A DNA stretch of 64,000 nt from Planctomycetota bacterium (GCA_022563885.1 JADFMM010000002.1:6786-70785), one strand, 5' to 3'; shown: positions 55,338 to 63,966, numbered from the stretch's first letter. The notes: generated by a model from the sequence alone, not told the origin. Translations and numbers: made by a program.

Positions 55338-56087
55338 CTAGGGAAACTCCCGATTCACAACCTCTGCCTTGAAACGAGCGACGGCCTGTTGAATGATCTC
55401 CCCGATTTGGGCGTACTGTTTGGAGAAGGACGGCCAGTAGTCTCCGATGCCCAGTGCATCGTTGACGACCAAGACCTGGCCGTCACATGCCGGACCGGCG
55501 CCAATGCCAATCGTGGGGATCTCTATCGATTCGGTTATGCTTTGCCCGAGGTTCGCGGGAATGTGCTCGAGCACCATTAGAAACGCGCCCGCGGCAGCAA
55601 TTTGATGGGCTTCGTCCATGATTCGTTTGGCGTCGGCGGCCTCATTTCCCACTTGTTTAAAGTTGACCGCCGTCTGCGGCGTGAGCCCCGTGTGGCCTAC
55701 GACGGCTACGTCATTCGCCACCAGATGCTCAATCTCCTCAATGTGCGGACCTTCCAGCTTGACGCTGTCGGCGCCGGCCTCGAGGAGCAGCCTGGCATTG
55801 CTCAAGGCGAACTCGGGGCTTTCATAGCTCTGGTAGGGTAAATCACCGATGATGTGGGTATGGGTCGCGCCGCGTCGCACGGCGGCCACGTGATACTGCA
55901 TATGGTCCATCGTCACATGGCATGTGCTGTTGAATCCCATTTCAACCATGCCTACCGTGTCTCCGACCAGGATGATGGGAACGCCACTTTTTTCGAGGTA
56001 GCGTGCGATGGGACAGGTGTAGGCCGTTAACATGGCGATGGGCTCTTTCCCTTTCATGGATCGAATAGTTTGTGTGTCTAGCTTCAC
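55338..56087 (-). CDS. panB: 3-methyl-2-oxobutanoate hydroxymethyltransferase
   Basis: IAMLTAYTCPIARYLEKSGVPIILVGDTVGMVEMGFNST, GDLPYQSY, VKLEG, VVGHTGLTPQ, IGIGAGP. GTG at 56087 has GGAG 6 nt upstream. The ORF-track TTG start is at 56099. Confidence 0.92.
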   Translation of the reverse strand: MKLDTQTIRSMKGKEPIAMLTAYTCPIARYLEKSGVPIILVGDTVGMVEMGFNSTCHVTMDHMQYHVAAVRRGATHTHIIGDLPYQSYESPEFALSNARLLLEAGADSVKLEGPHIEEIEHLVANDVAVVGHTGLTPQTAVNFKQVGNEAADAKRIMDEAHQIAAAGAFLMVLEHIPANLGQSITESIEIPTIGIGAGPACDGQVLVVNDALGIGDYWPSFSKQYAQIGEIIQQAVARFKAEVVNREFP

Positions 56088-56139
56088 ATGACACTCCAAT
56101 CAACAGGAAGATTGCTACGGTCGGGCTGTGGCATCGACA

Positions 56140-56161
56140 CCCGGATAACAAGTTATCCGGG
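56140..56161. promoter_or_regulatory. Perfect 22-bp palindrome between the NHL gene stop and the panB start
   Basis: CCCGGATAAC AA GTTATCCGGG has 10-bp arms that are exact reverse complements. It lies about 55-75 nt upstream of the panB start and 42 nt downstream of the NHL gene stop. It is either an operator or a U-less terminator hairpin. Confidence 0.45.
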
Positions 56162-56202
56162 TCGGGGCCAATAAAAACCAAGACCCTTTGTTGAGGGCGG
56201 GG

Positions 56203-57318
56203 CTATTTTGTGATGACTCGTACGCGATGGCTGAGGGTATCGCCGACGAAGATAGATCCATCTCTATCCAGGTAGATCCCGTGCAATCGGGCCATCCGGC
56301 AGCGTAGAGGGTCTCCTTCGGGGCCATCCCCTTTTTCGCCTGTCCCCGCGATCAGGCGGAGCGTGCCGTCTGTCCTATCAATCATGCGGACGCTGTGGCT
56401 CTCCGTATCGGCGAGATAGATGTTCCCGTCGGGGCCGACACTGATCCCTTTGGGACCGGATAGCGTCGCCTCCTTGGCAGGGCCGCCATGGCCGGTGAAG
56501 CCCTTTCGGCCGTTTCCTGCCCTGTGATGAATGGTCCCGGTGGTCAGGTCCAGTGTGTAGACTGCATTGCCTTCGCGCAGGGCCAACCACATGTTACCGT
56601 CTCTGTCGAAATCGATGGCCCGGGGACCGTGGAGTGGTACGGAAGAAAACGCCGCGCCGTCGGGCGTGGCTTTCCGCTGGCCATTGCCTGCCAGCGTCGA
56701 GATGACGCCCGTCTTGCTGTCGATCATGCGAATGCGATGATTTCCGATGTCGCAGACATAGAGGGTTCCGTCGGGACCCAGCTGGATGCTGTGCGGCCTA
56801 CTCAGTCTCGCCTCCGTGGCCAGGCCTCCATCTCCCGAATATCCCCGTTGACCCGTCCCTGCCACAGTTGAAATCTGCAGTGTCTTGGCGTCTACCCGCC
56901 GTATGACATGGTTCTCCATTTCGACAATCAGCATGTTCCCCGCGGCGTCGAACCGGACCTCATACGGCTGGTTGAGTCGCGCCGAACGGGCCGGGCCACC
57001 ATCGCCCGAGTAGCCCTCTCGTCCATTGCCTGCGACCGTGGTAATGATGCCGTCCGCTGTTACCTTCCGGATGCAATGATTGAAAGTGTCGCAGATATAC
57101 AGGGCGCCATGCGGACCTTTGACGACGCCAAAGGGATTGTTCAACTGGGCCTTATCGGCCGGCCCGCCGTCACCGCTGTAGCCGGGGACCCCAGTCCCGG
57201 CAATCGTCCGAATCTCGCCGCTCCACGCTGAGTTGAACTGGAAGATGACGAGGCCCAGGCAGAGTCTGCAAAAGGCCAATGGTAGAAGACGTGATTTCAC
57301 AGCGATCCGACTACGCAA
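56203..57318 (-). CDS. Secreted NHL-repeat six-bladed beta-propeller protein
   Basis: Signal peptide, then six repeats of the form GYSGDGGPA..A.L..P.GV......LY(I/V)(C/A)D..NH.IR.(I/V). Confidence 0.85.
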   Translation of the reverse strand: MRSRIAVKSRLLPLAFCRLCLGLVIFQFNSAWSGEIRTIAGTGVPGYSGDGGPADKAQLNNPFGVVKGPHGALYICDTFNHCIRKVTADGIITTVAGNGREGYSGDGGPARSARLNQPYEVRFDAAGNMLIVEMENHVIRRVDAKTLQISTVAGTGQRGYSGDGGLATEARLSRPHSIQLGPDGTLYVCDIGNHRIRMIDSKTGVISTLAGNGQRKATPDGAAFSSVPLHGPRAIDFDRDGNMWLALREGNAVYTLDLTTGTIHHRAGNGRKGFTGHGGPAKEATLSGPKGISVGPDGNIYLADTESHSVRMIDRTDGTLRLIAGTGEKGDGPEGDPLRCRMARLHGIYLDRDGSIFVGDTLSHRVRVITK

Positions 57319-57376
57319 CGATGATGTCCCCGGCTGTCTTGCCGGTCCCTTATAGTCGTCAGTGAGACTCCGCGCG

Positions 57377-57841
57377 TCAAGCCTGCTTCTTGCCGTTTGG
57401 CTTCGGATCGCCGAGCTGGCGCAGGCGAACTTTGGCTTCCCTCTTACCTACGCCGCGCAGGGCAACGATGGCGGCGATCTGTTCCTTGCGGGGGCGGGAG
57501 GTCCCCCGAGCCCAGTTATAGATGGATTGTGGCGTCACTCCCACAAGTTTCGAGAAATCGGTGGCGGTCAGTCCCAAGCGCTTAAGCTGCCCTTGCAAGC
57601 CCTTTGCCGTGAAACGAACGCCTGTCGTGGTATCGCCTTCCGACGCATCCGGGGCCTTCTTCAGGGCGTGTTTTTCCAACAGGGAAACCTGACTTTCAAG
57701 CTTGGTTACCTGACGTTTCAGGGCGGCAATGTCTCGTCGGTGCTGTGACGACGCCTTCTTCAAACCTCCCGACTGACCGCGAAGCTCCTTTCGTGTGAGC
57801 CTGGCGATCTCCTCCTTTAGTGCTGCAGCGATATTCGGCAT
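57377..57841 (-). CDS. Coiled-coil + C-terminal XRE-type helix-turn-helix protein
   Basis: N-terminal heptad region (ALKRQVTKLESQVSLLEK) and a C-terminal HTH (GLTATDFSKLVGVTPQSIYNWARG). ATG at 57841 is preceded by GGAAGGA. The ORF-track TTG start is at 57871. Confidence 0.7.
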   Translation of the reverse strand: MPNIAAALKEEIARLTRKELRGQSGGLKKASSQHRRDIAALKRQVTKLESQVSLLEKHALKKAPDASEGDTTTGVRFTAKGLQGQLKRLGLTATDFSKLVGVTPQSIYNWARGTSRPRKEQIAAIVALRGVGKREAKVRLRQLGDPKPNGKKQA

Positions 57842-58682
57842 ATCCTTCCTTTCTCTAGTCTTAGACGCCAATGCTCAAGTTCAGCGACGACTGAATCGCG
57901 TTGGGTACGCCAGCCATGGGCGTGAATGGGTAAGGTGCTGGCCCCCTAAACCTGACTCTGTTTTAGTAAAGATCAGCAGCATAAGCGAAAACAGGGGTAG
58001 AAGGCAAGGGTATAACCACAAAGTGGGAAAAGATAATAGCCGCTTCTTTCGGCAGGGAAGCAATCCTAGCGGCTCACTGAGCAGATCTATTGGTTTTCCT
58101 GCTGCGACATCATAAAAATGGTCTTTTCAATTCGACTCTGCTTCGTCCCTTTCCTCGTGCCCGCGCGAATCTAGCTAATGTGCTTATTCCTGTGAGAGGG
58201 CGAATAGCTAAATAATGTACTCAGAGGATTCCCTGACTTCAATGCTTCAAGAAGCTCTGGAGGTATTTCCATCGTTTCGGTCATCTTGTCAATATCGAGA
58301 CATCGGCGCCAATGGCATCAAACTAGACTCTGTCCCCGTCGGACGCCGGGCCGTTACGTCCTGCTCATCTAGACTCCCATGACCCGCGTCATGATTGCGC
58401 TCGAAAGCTGTCCCGCCCGGAATCATCCGCCCACGCGGCCGCAGTCTATCTCCGGCAGGCGCCACCGGTTGGTTCGTCACGCGGCGCTAGACCGGTGCCC
58501 GGCGAGACTCCGTATTACCAAGGTTTGACCATTGTGGTTTCGCTGGCAAGTAAGTAGACTAGCCGCTCGTCTTCGACCGCGAGGCTCTATTCGGCCCGAG
58601 GTCATGGCCGAGGGCAGACCCGCGGAGAAGCCAGATCGAGTTCGTTGGCAGGGGCTTGGAGCCACCCGAAAGGCACATAGAC

Positions 58683-59447
58683 ATGAACAAGAAAAAGATG
58701 GAACTTGACTTTAACGGAATTCCACAGCCCGTACAAGGGCCGCTGGCAGCCTTTTCTTCGGATCTGGATGAGAAGCTGGGGCAGAACTTGGCGGGCATTA
58801 CCGTGGTGGGGAGCAGCCTCGGCGAAGACTATAAACCGGGCCTGAGCGATATCAACACCGTGCTGGTCCTCGACCGCCTGGACCAGGGCGTGCTCAAGGC
58901 CGTAGCGTCGCAGGCCAAGGGCATGCACAAGAAACGGGTGGCGCCGCCGCTGCTGATGACGGAGCCGTATATTAAGCGGTCTCTCGATGTCTTTGCGGTC
59001 GAATTGCTCGACTTTCAGTTGGTCGGAAAGGCCATCTGGGGCAGCAATCCCTTCTCTGATCTCCATTTCGTGGCCTCGGATGTGCGACTGCAGTGCGAAC
59101 GAGAGTTGAAGGCGATGCTCATCCGCCTGCGGCAGGGCTACATCGCGGCGGCGGGTAACAGCCGGCTGCTGCGCGATGTGCTGGTGGCGACGGCCAAGAC
59201 GAGCCTGCCCTACCTGCGGGCAATGCTGTGGCTCAAGGACCAGCAGCGAGAGAGTCTGGTTGATGCGACCTTCACGGCGGCATCCGGGCACTTTGGCGTC
59301 GAGTTGGATCCCCTGCGGGAGGTCCATCGCTGGCGCGAAGAGAAGCCCCGCCTCCGTGAGACCGAGTTGGAAAGCGCGTTTGAGCGGGTCTATGCCGCCG
59401 TGGATGGCTTGGCGGCCGCGGTGGACGGGCTTGAGGTCGGCTCATGA
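58683..59447 (+). CDS. Pol-beta-fold nucleotidyltransferase-like protein with degenerate catalytic motif
   Basis: ITVVGSSLGEDYKPGLSDINTVLVL fits the hhGS-x(9-12)-SD(I/L)D(h) NTase signature, except the second acidic residue is Asn. ATGA overlap with the following TPM gene. ATG at 58683 is preferred over TTG at 58656. Confidence 0.55.
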   Translation: MNKKKMELDFNGIPQPVQGPLAAFSSDLDEKLGQNLAGITVVGSSLGEDYKPGLSDINTVLVLDRLDQGVLKAVASQAKGMHKKRVAPPLLMTEPYIKRSLDVFAVELLDFQLVGKAIWGSNPFSDLHFVASDVRLQCERELKAMLIRLRQGYIAAAGNSRLLRDVLVATAKTSLPYLRAMLWLKDQQRESLVDATFTAASGHFGVELDPLREVHRWREEKPRLRETELESAFERVYAAVDGLAAAVDGLEVGS

Positions 59448-60244
59448 AAGGGAAGGACCTTCCGTGTTTGGGTGTCCTGATCGGACTCGTCCTATGGCCG
59501 TCTGTCGTATTCGCCGAGGTGAAGCTTGCCCGGCCGACGCACTATGTCGAGGACCGGGCCAACGTGATCGATGCGGCCACCGAACGCTCTCTTAATGGCA
59601 TATTGCAAGAACTGGAGCAGAAAACGGGGGCACAGTATATTGTCCTGACGGTTAATTCGCTGGACGGATTGCCGATCGAGGAGTTCTCCATTGCCCTCGT
59701 CGAGGCATGGAAGCTGGGACGCGCCGAACAGGATGACGGCCTGTTGTTTACCCTGGCCATGGAGGAGCGAGAGGCCCGCTTTGAGGTGGGTTACGGACTC
59801 GAGGGGGACCTCACCGATCTCTTCTGTGGTCGGCTGCTTACGGACGTGCTGTTCCCCTTGGTCAGACAGGGCAAGATCAGCGCAGGTGTCTATCAGGCCA
59901 ACCTGCGCGCCATTCAGAAGATTGCCGCTTCAGCCGGAGTCCAGCTAAGCGGGATACCAAAATTGACACCGCGTCGGCAAGGAGGTCGTCGTCGCAGGTT
60001 ACCCTGTTTCAGCGGGCTGCCACTGATTCTGATCATGCTCTTTCTCTTCGGTAGGGGACGCCGCGGCCGCGGGATGTTTCTCTTGCCCTTTATGATGGGC
60101 GGCGCCTTCGGGGGATACCGGGGTTACGGTGGATATGGACGCAGCGGGTCGTTTGGAGGCGGCAGTTTTGGCGGTGGATTCGGTGGTTTCGGCGGTGGCA
60201 TGGGAGGTGGCTTTGGTGGGGGAGGCGCCAGTGGTGGTTGGTAG
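59444..60244 (+). CDS. TPM-domain (YgcG-like) protein with TM helix and Gly-rich tail
   Basis: Signal peptide, YVEDRANVIDAATERSLNGILQELEQKTGAQYIVLTVNSL...DDGLLFTLAMEEREARFEVGYGLEG (TPM phosphatase fold pattern), a TM helix (LPLILIMLFLF), and a tail GGGSFGGGFGGFGGGMGGGFGGGGASGGW. Confidence 0.85.
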   Translation: MKGKDLPCLGVLIGLVLWPSVVFAEVKLARPTHYVEDRANVIDAATERSLNGILQELEQKTGAQYIVLTVNSLDGLPIEEFSIALVEAWKLGRAEQDDGLLFTLAMEEREARFEVGYGLEGDLTDLFCGRLLTDVLFPLVRQGKISAGVYQANLRAIQKIAASAGVQLSGIPKLTPRRQGGRRRRLPCFSGLPLILIMLFLFGRGRRGRGMFLLPFMMGGAFGGYRGYGGYGRSGSFGGGSFGGGFGGFGGGMGGGFGGGGASGGW

Positions 60245-60295
60245 CATCGGTCGGTTGAGAAACAGGTTGAAAGTTCAGTAAAGGGCATATTAGAG

Positions 60296-60880
60296 ATGAG
60301 GAATACAGGAAAAGTGTGGGTCGTCCTAGTCGCCATCCTCGGCGGCGTCTTGCTCGTCGGCTTCATCGGCTTCCGTTGGTATATGGGGTCGTATAATCGG
60401 TCCGTCGCATACGATGAGGCTGCCAAGAAGTCCTGGTCGGACGTGGATGCTCAGCTCCAGCGCAGGCTCGATTTGATTCCGAATTTGGTGCAGACGGTCA
60501 AGGGCTACGCGGAGCATGAGAAGGGACTTTTCGAGAGTATCGCCCAGTCTCGCGAAAAATACTTCCAGGGCAACCAGGCAGAGAAGATGGAGGCATCCAA
60601 TCAACTGTCCGGGTTTCTGTCCCGGCTGATGGTCCTGCAGGAGGCCTATCCCGAACTCAAGGCCAATCAAAACTTTCGGGATCTGCAGGGCCAACTCGAA
60701 GGCACTGAGAATCGCATCAGCGTCGCTAGAATGCGATACAATGACGCGGTCGGGGGTCTGAACACCTACCGGCGAACCTTCTTCGGTAAGTATTTCTGCG
60801 AGCGGGCCCAAGTTGAGGCCAGGGACTACTTTGAGGCCAGCGTGCAGGCCCGCACCGAGGTCCCAGCGGTCCAGTTCTAA
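60296..60880 (+). CDS. LemA family protein
   Basis: N-terminal TM, then YNRSVAYDEAAKKSWSDVDAQLQRRLDLIPNLVQTVKGYAEHEKGLFESI ... YPELKANQNFRDLQGQLEGTENRISVARMRYNDAV. Confidence 0.9.
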   Translation: MRNTGKVWVVLVAILGGVLLVGFIGFRWYMGSYNRSVAYDEAAKKSWSDVDAQLQRRLDLIPNLVQTVKGYAEHEKGLFESIAQSREKYFQGNQAEKMEASNQLSGFLSRLMVLQEAYPELKANQNFRDLQGQLEGTENRISVARMRYNDAVGGLNTYRRTFFGKYFCERAQVEARDYFEASVQARTEVPAVQF

Positions 60881-61825
60881 ATGAACGGCATGAGACCCAT
60901 CAACGCGGCGCGACTGGCGATCGAGGCGGAGGGGCACCGACACCTGGTCAATAGGGGCTGGTTGCGATTCCTTCATCTCGAGAACATGCCCTCTCTCTTC
61001 ACGCTCCTGGGCTATTGCTTGAAGCTGACGCTCCTGGATGTGTCCGGGAGGAAGAACGCCCTGGATGTGCAGGTGGAGCGAGTCGACATCGCTTTGCCCG
61101 GCCTACCCAAGGGTTTTGAGGGGGTCAAGATCCTCTTCGTCAGCGATCTGCACATCGACGGCCAGGAGCGACTGGCAGAGAAACTGATCGGTCTGATCGA
61201 GGCCCTGACCTATGATTATTGCCTCTTGGGCGGAGACTATACCTTCCGCTCCGATCGAGAGTCCGAAGTGGCGACGTCACGCATGGTCAAGATAGCCACC
61301 TATCTGTCGGGGCGGACGGAGGTCTACGGCATCCTGGGGAATCATGACCACTACGCCATGGGAGAGTGCCTCAACCAGTGTGGTGTACAGATGTTGATCA
61401 ACAGCAGCGTCTGTCTGCGGCGAGGGGGGGACATCGTCCATCTGGTGGGGCTCGACGACTGGCATTACTATCATGCCGACGACCTTGCACTCGCCGAACA
61501 AGAGGTGCCCTCGGATGCCTGTCGCGTCATGCTCTGCCACTCGCCCGAACGCTATAACCTGGTGGCGAAGGCCGGCTATGCGCTTTATCTGGCGGGCCAC
61601 ACGCATGGGGGACAGATCTGTCTGCCCAATGGCTACGCCCCGGCCACCTGCGCGACCATACCCCGCTCCCTGGTGCGCGGGGCCTGGCAGTGGGACGATA
61701 TGCAGGGTTACACGTCCCGGGGCTGTGGGACATCGGGTCTACCTTTTCGCTTTTTCTGTCCCCCCGAGATCACGCTCATTACGCTCCGGTGCGAGGCCGG
61801 GGCAGGTGAGGCCACATCAGACTAA
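60881..61825 (+). CDS. Calcineurin-like metallophosphoesterase (YkuE/YaeI-like)
   Basis: ILFVSDLHID, LLGGDY, ILGNHDHY, LAGHTHGGQI are the ordered phosphoesterase motifs. The ATG directly abuts the LemA TAA. Confidence 0.88.
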   Translation: MNGMRPINAARLAIEAEGHRHLVNRGWLRFLHLENMPSLFTLLGYCLKLTLLDVSGRKNALDVQVERVDIALPGLPKGFEGVKILFVSDLHIDGQERLAEKLIGLIEALTYDYCLLGGDYTFRSDRESEVATSRMVKIATYLSGRTEVYGILGNHDHYAMGECLNQCGVQMLINSSVCLRRGGDIVHLVGLDDWHYYHADDLALAEQEVPSDACRVMLCHSPERYNLVAKAGYALYLAGHTHGGQICLPNGYAPATCATIPRSLVRGAWQWDDMQGYTSRGCGTSGLPFRFFCPPEITLITLRCEAGAGEATSD

Positions 61826-61854
61826 GGGATTTGTGACCTTTCACCGACACCCCG

Positions 61855-61945
61855 ACTTCGAATTTCATTATTCGTTAATCGATATTCGAAATTCATGGTT
61901 TTTTTGAATATCGAACTCCGAACACCGATTAACGAATGTCGAAGT
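61855..61945. repeat. AT-rich imperfect palindrome (about 90 bp) in a convergent intergenic region
   Basis: ACTTCGA (61855-61861) pairs with TCGAAGT (61939-61945). A perfect 12-bp core ATTCGTTAATCG (61870-61881) pairs with CGATTAACGAAT (61926-61937). An alternative inner pair is TCGATATTC (61879-61887) with GAATATCGA (61906-61914). The centre carries a T7 run. Confidence 0.75.
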
Positions 61946-62043
61946 TCAGGCCGAGCCCACTGCCTGAGCTTTTCCTGTTTGCAACGCCGGTCGCAATCAA
62001 TCGCGCGTCATTGAGGCAGTAGAGAGGCATGCCTACGCAAGCG

Positions 62044-62952
62044 TCAGGGTTTGTTCAAAAAGCCAATGGTTGATTCCATGAAGCGCGAGTGCAGCGCCCG
62101 GGGGTGATCACTCTCCTCGTTCTGGCGCTTCAGGTCATCCAGATTGGCTCGGCAGGTGTGGCAGCCGAGGGTGTTGAGGTGGAAGTCGACATACGCGCTC
62201 CACTGTTCGTCTAAAGTCCCCAGCAGGCTGGCGCCGATGGTGCTGCGCTTGGGGCAACTGAGGCGCTGCGACTGCCACACTTCCGTCAGCAGGTTCTCAA
62301 ATTCCGTGGACTCCGGATCCAACGATAGCTGCGCGTCGCTGATGTGCTGGCGAATCTGTTTGAGGCAGCGATGCTTGATCACACCGATGCGGTTGGCGGA
62401 GAGCCCCAGGAGCTTGGCGGTGTCACTGTTGGTCAGGTGACTGTAGAAGATGGATTCGACGATCTTCAGTTCCAGAAAGCTGAGAGACTTCTTGTAGTGG
62501 CTGACCAGGGCGGTGAGGGCCTCGGCCAAGGCCTGCCGCTGGATGTCGGCCTGTTCATCCTTTCTGACATACCAACTCACACTGGGGTCCGGGGCGACGA
62601 AGCCATCCATGGCGTCGGAGCCGCGTTCCTCCGGGGAGCTGTCGTAGACATCCTGGATGAGGCAGAAGTTTCGGGCCGAACGCCGCCGGTAGTTGTCGAT
62701 GATCTTACGGCGGAGCATGGCGAAGAGAAAGGTCTCCAGATTGCACTCGTGTCGAAAGCTGTGCACGCCCTTGAGAAAGGCGATGAAGGTCTCCTGCACG
62801 ATGTCTTCGCCGTCGGCGTGCTGGGGCAGACGGGCCCGCGCAAAGGTGAGCAGCCGGCCCTGATAGCGATCGATCAGTTGTGACCAGGCCTCGTCTTTAC
62901 CCGCCCGGATCTGTTCGACGAGAAAGATGTCTGCCTTCGATACCTTGTCCAC
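62044..62952 (-). CDS. ECF-type sigma-70 family factor with fused C-terminal zf-HC2 (anti-sigma-like) extension
   Basis: Region 2: WSQLIDRYQGRLLTFARARL...EDIVQETFIAFL...FLFAMLRRKIIDNYRR. Region 4: HTH SDTAKLLGLSANRIGVIKHRCLKQI. Then a roughly 90-aa tail CPKRSTIGASLLGTLDEQWSAYVDFHLNTLGCHTCRANLDDL, resembling the C-x(24)-H-x(3-5)-C-x2-C anti-sigma zinc finger. GTG start. Confidence 0.8.
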   Translation of the reverse strand: MDKVSKADIFLVEQIRAGKDEAWSQLIDRYQGRLLTFARARLPQHADGEDIVQETFIAFLKGVHSFRHECNLETFLFAMLRRKIIDNYRRRSARNFCLIQDVYDSSPEERGSDAMDGFVAPDPSVSWYVRKDEQADIQRQALAEALTALVSHYKKSLSFLELKIVESIFYSHLTNSDTAKLLGLSANRIGVIKHRCLKQIRQHISDAQLSLDPESTEFENLLTEVWQSQRLSCPKRSTIGASLLGTLDEQWSAYVDFHLNTLGCHTCRANLDDLKRQNEESDHPRALHSRFMESTIGFLNKP

Positions 62953-62955
62953 TGG

Positions 62956-63966
62956 CTATCCTAGGAAAAAGACGACAGCCCCCAACATCAGGATCACGAG
63001 GAGGGCCGCAACCCTCAGGGCTATAGTGTAGTAGCCCTTGGTCGCGGCGTTCAAGAAGATATACAGGATAAAGATGAGAAATGCCAAGCCCAAGGCGGAG
63101 CCGGCCAGGCGGGCGAAGGTGAGGTGCGCCCGCCTCGATTGTTTGATCTTCGTCTGACGCAGACCGACCAGCTTGTCGGTTGAGCAATCCAACAGCAGGG
63201 CGTGACGCCAGATCTTGCCCACCGTGCCTTGAAAGCTTTGGGCAAAGCTGTCCTCGACGATCTCGGCGGTCTCGAGATCTTGGGGCGTGACATCAAAATC
63301 GACCGGCAACGCCTCCTGCAGCGAACCGTTGAGTTTGGAGATGGACTCCTTCACTTGGGCACAGGCCTGAGCCATCGCCTGTTCGCGGGCCTCCGCTGCA
63401 TCTGTGCAGGTCTCGTAGGAGCGGGCCACCTCATATCGCCCGGACCGTTGCCCCTGGCGATTGACGAAGCTGCTGAAACTGTCGACCCAAGGCTTGAGCA
63501 TAAAATGGACCGTGTGGCCAGAGCGTCGTGTGTTGGAGTTTCCGCCGACTTGAGTGCTGCTACGGATCTCCCGCTTTAAGCTGCCGGTGGCCTCCGCCAG
63601 ACCGGCGTGCTGAAGAGCGGGGGGGGCGGTCCATCGAGGTTGTTGAAGCCAGATGGCCACCGCGTTAGGGGCCACGCGATTCATTGGGGCCTGCTCAACC
63701 AACACGAGCGTCCGGGGACGCAGGGATTCCTGCAGGCGACCAACAAAGGCGTCGATGGCCTCCTGGGTAAGCCCTTGGCCCTCGGTAGGTTCTCCATAGA
63801 CGTGAATGGCTTCGCTGGTGTTCGCGTCGCTCAGGAAGGGCTCAAGATCCTGGACCGTCTGCCGGGCCAAGCCCAAGGCGGCGGCCTTCAGCGACGGATA
63901 GACATCGGCGGTAAACTGGCCGTCCATGCCTTCCGACCAAATGGGTAGAGAGGCAACCGAACGCAC
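62956..63966 (-). CDS. Hypothetical protein with two C-terminal TM helices, co-transcribed with the ECF sigma
   Basis: 336-aa ORF ending 3 nt before the sigma gene start. The C-terminus is LAGSALGLAFLIFILYIFL ... IALRVAALLVILMLGAVVFFLG. No family recognised. Start (GTG 63966 or ATG 63927) is uncertain and close to the window edge. Confidence 0.55.
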   Translation of the reverse strand: MRSVASLPIWSEGMDGQFTADVYPSLKAAALGLARQTVQDLEPFLSDANTSEAIHVYGEPTEGQGLTQEAIDAFVGRLQESLRPRTLVLVEQAPMNRVAPNAVAIWLQQPRWTAPPALQHAGLAEATGSLKREIRSSTQVGGNSNTRRSGHTVHFMLKPWVDSFSSFVNRQGQRSGRYEVARSYETCTDAAEAREQAMAQACAQVKESISKLNGSLQEALPVDFDVTPQDLETAEIVEDSFAQSFQGTVGKIWRHALLLDCSTDKLVGLRQTKIKQSRRAHLTFARLAGSALGLAFLIFILYIFLNAATKGYYTIALRVAALLVILMLGAVVFFLG

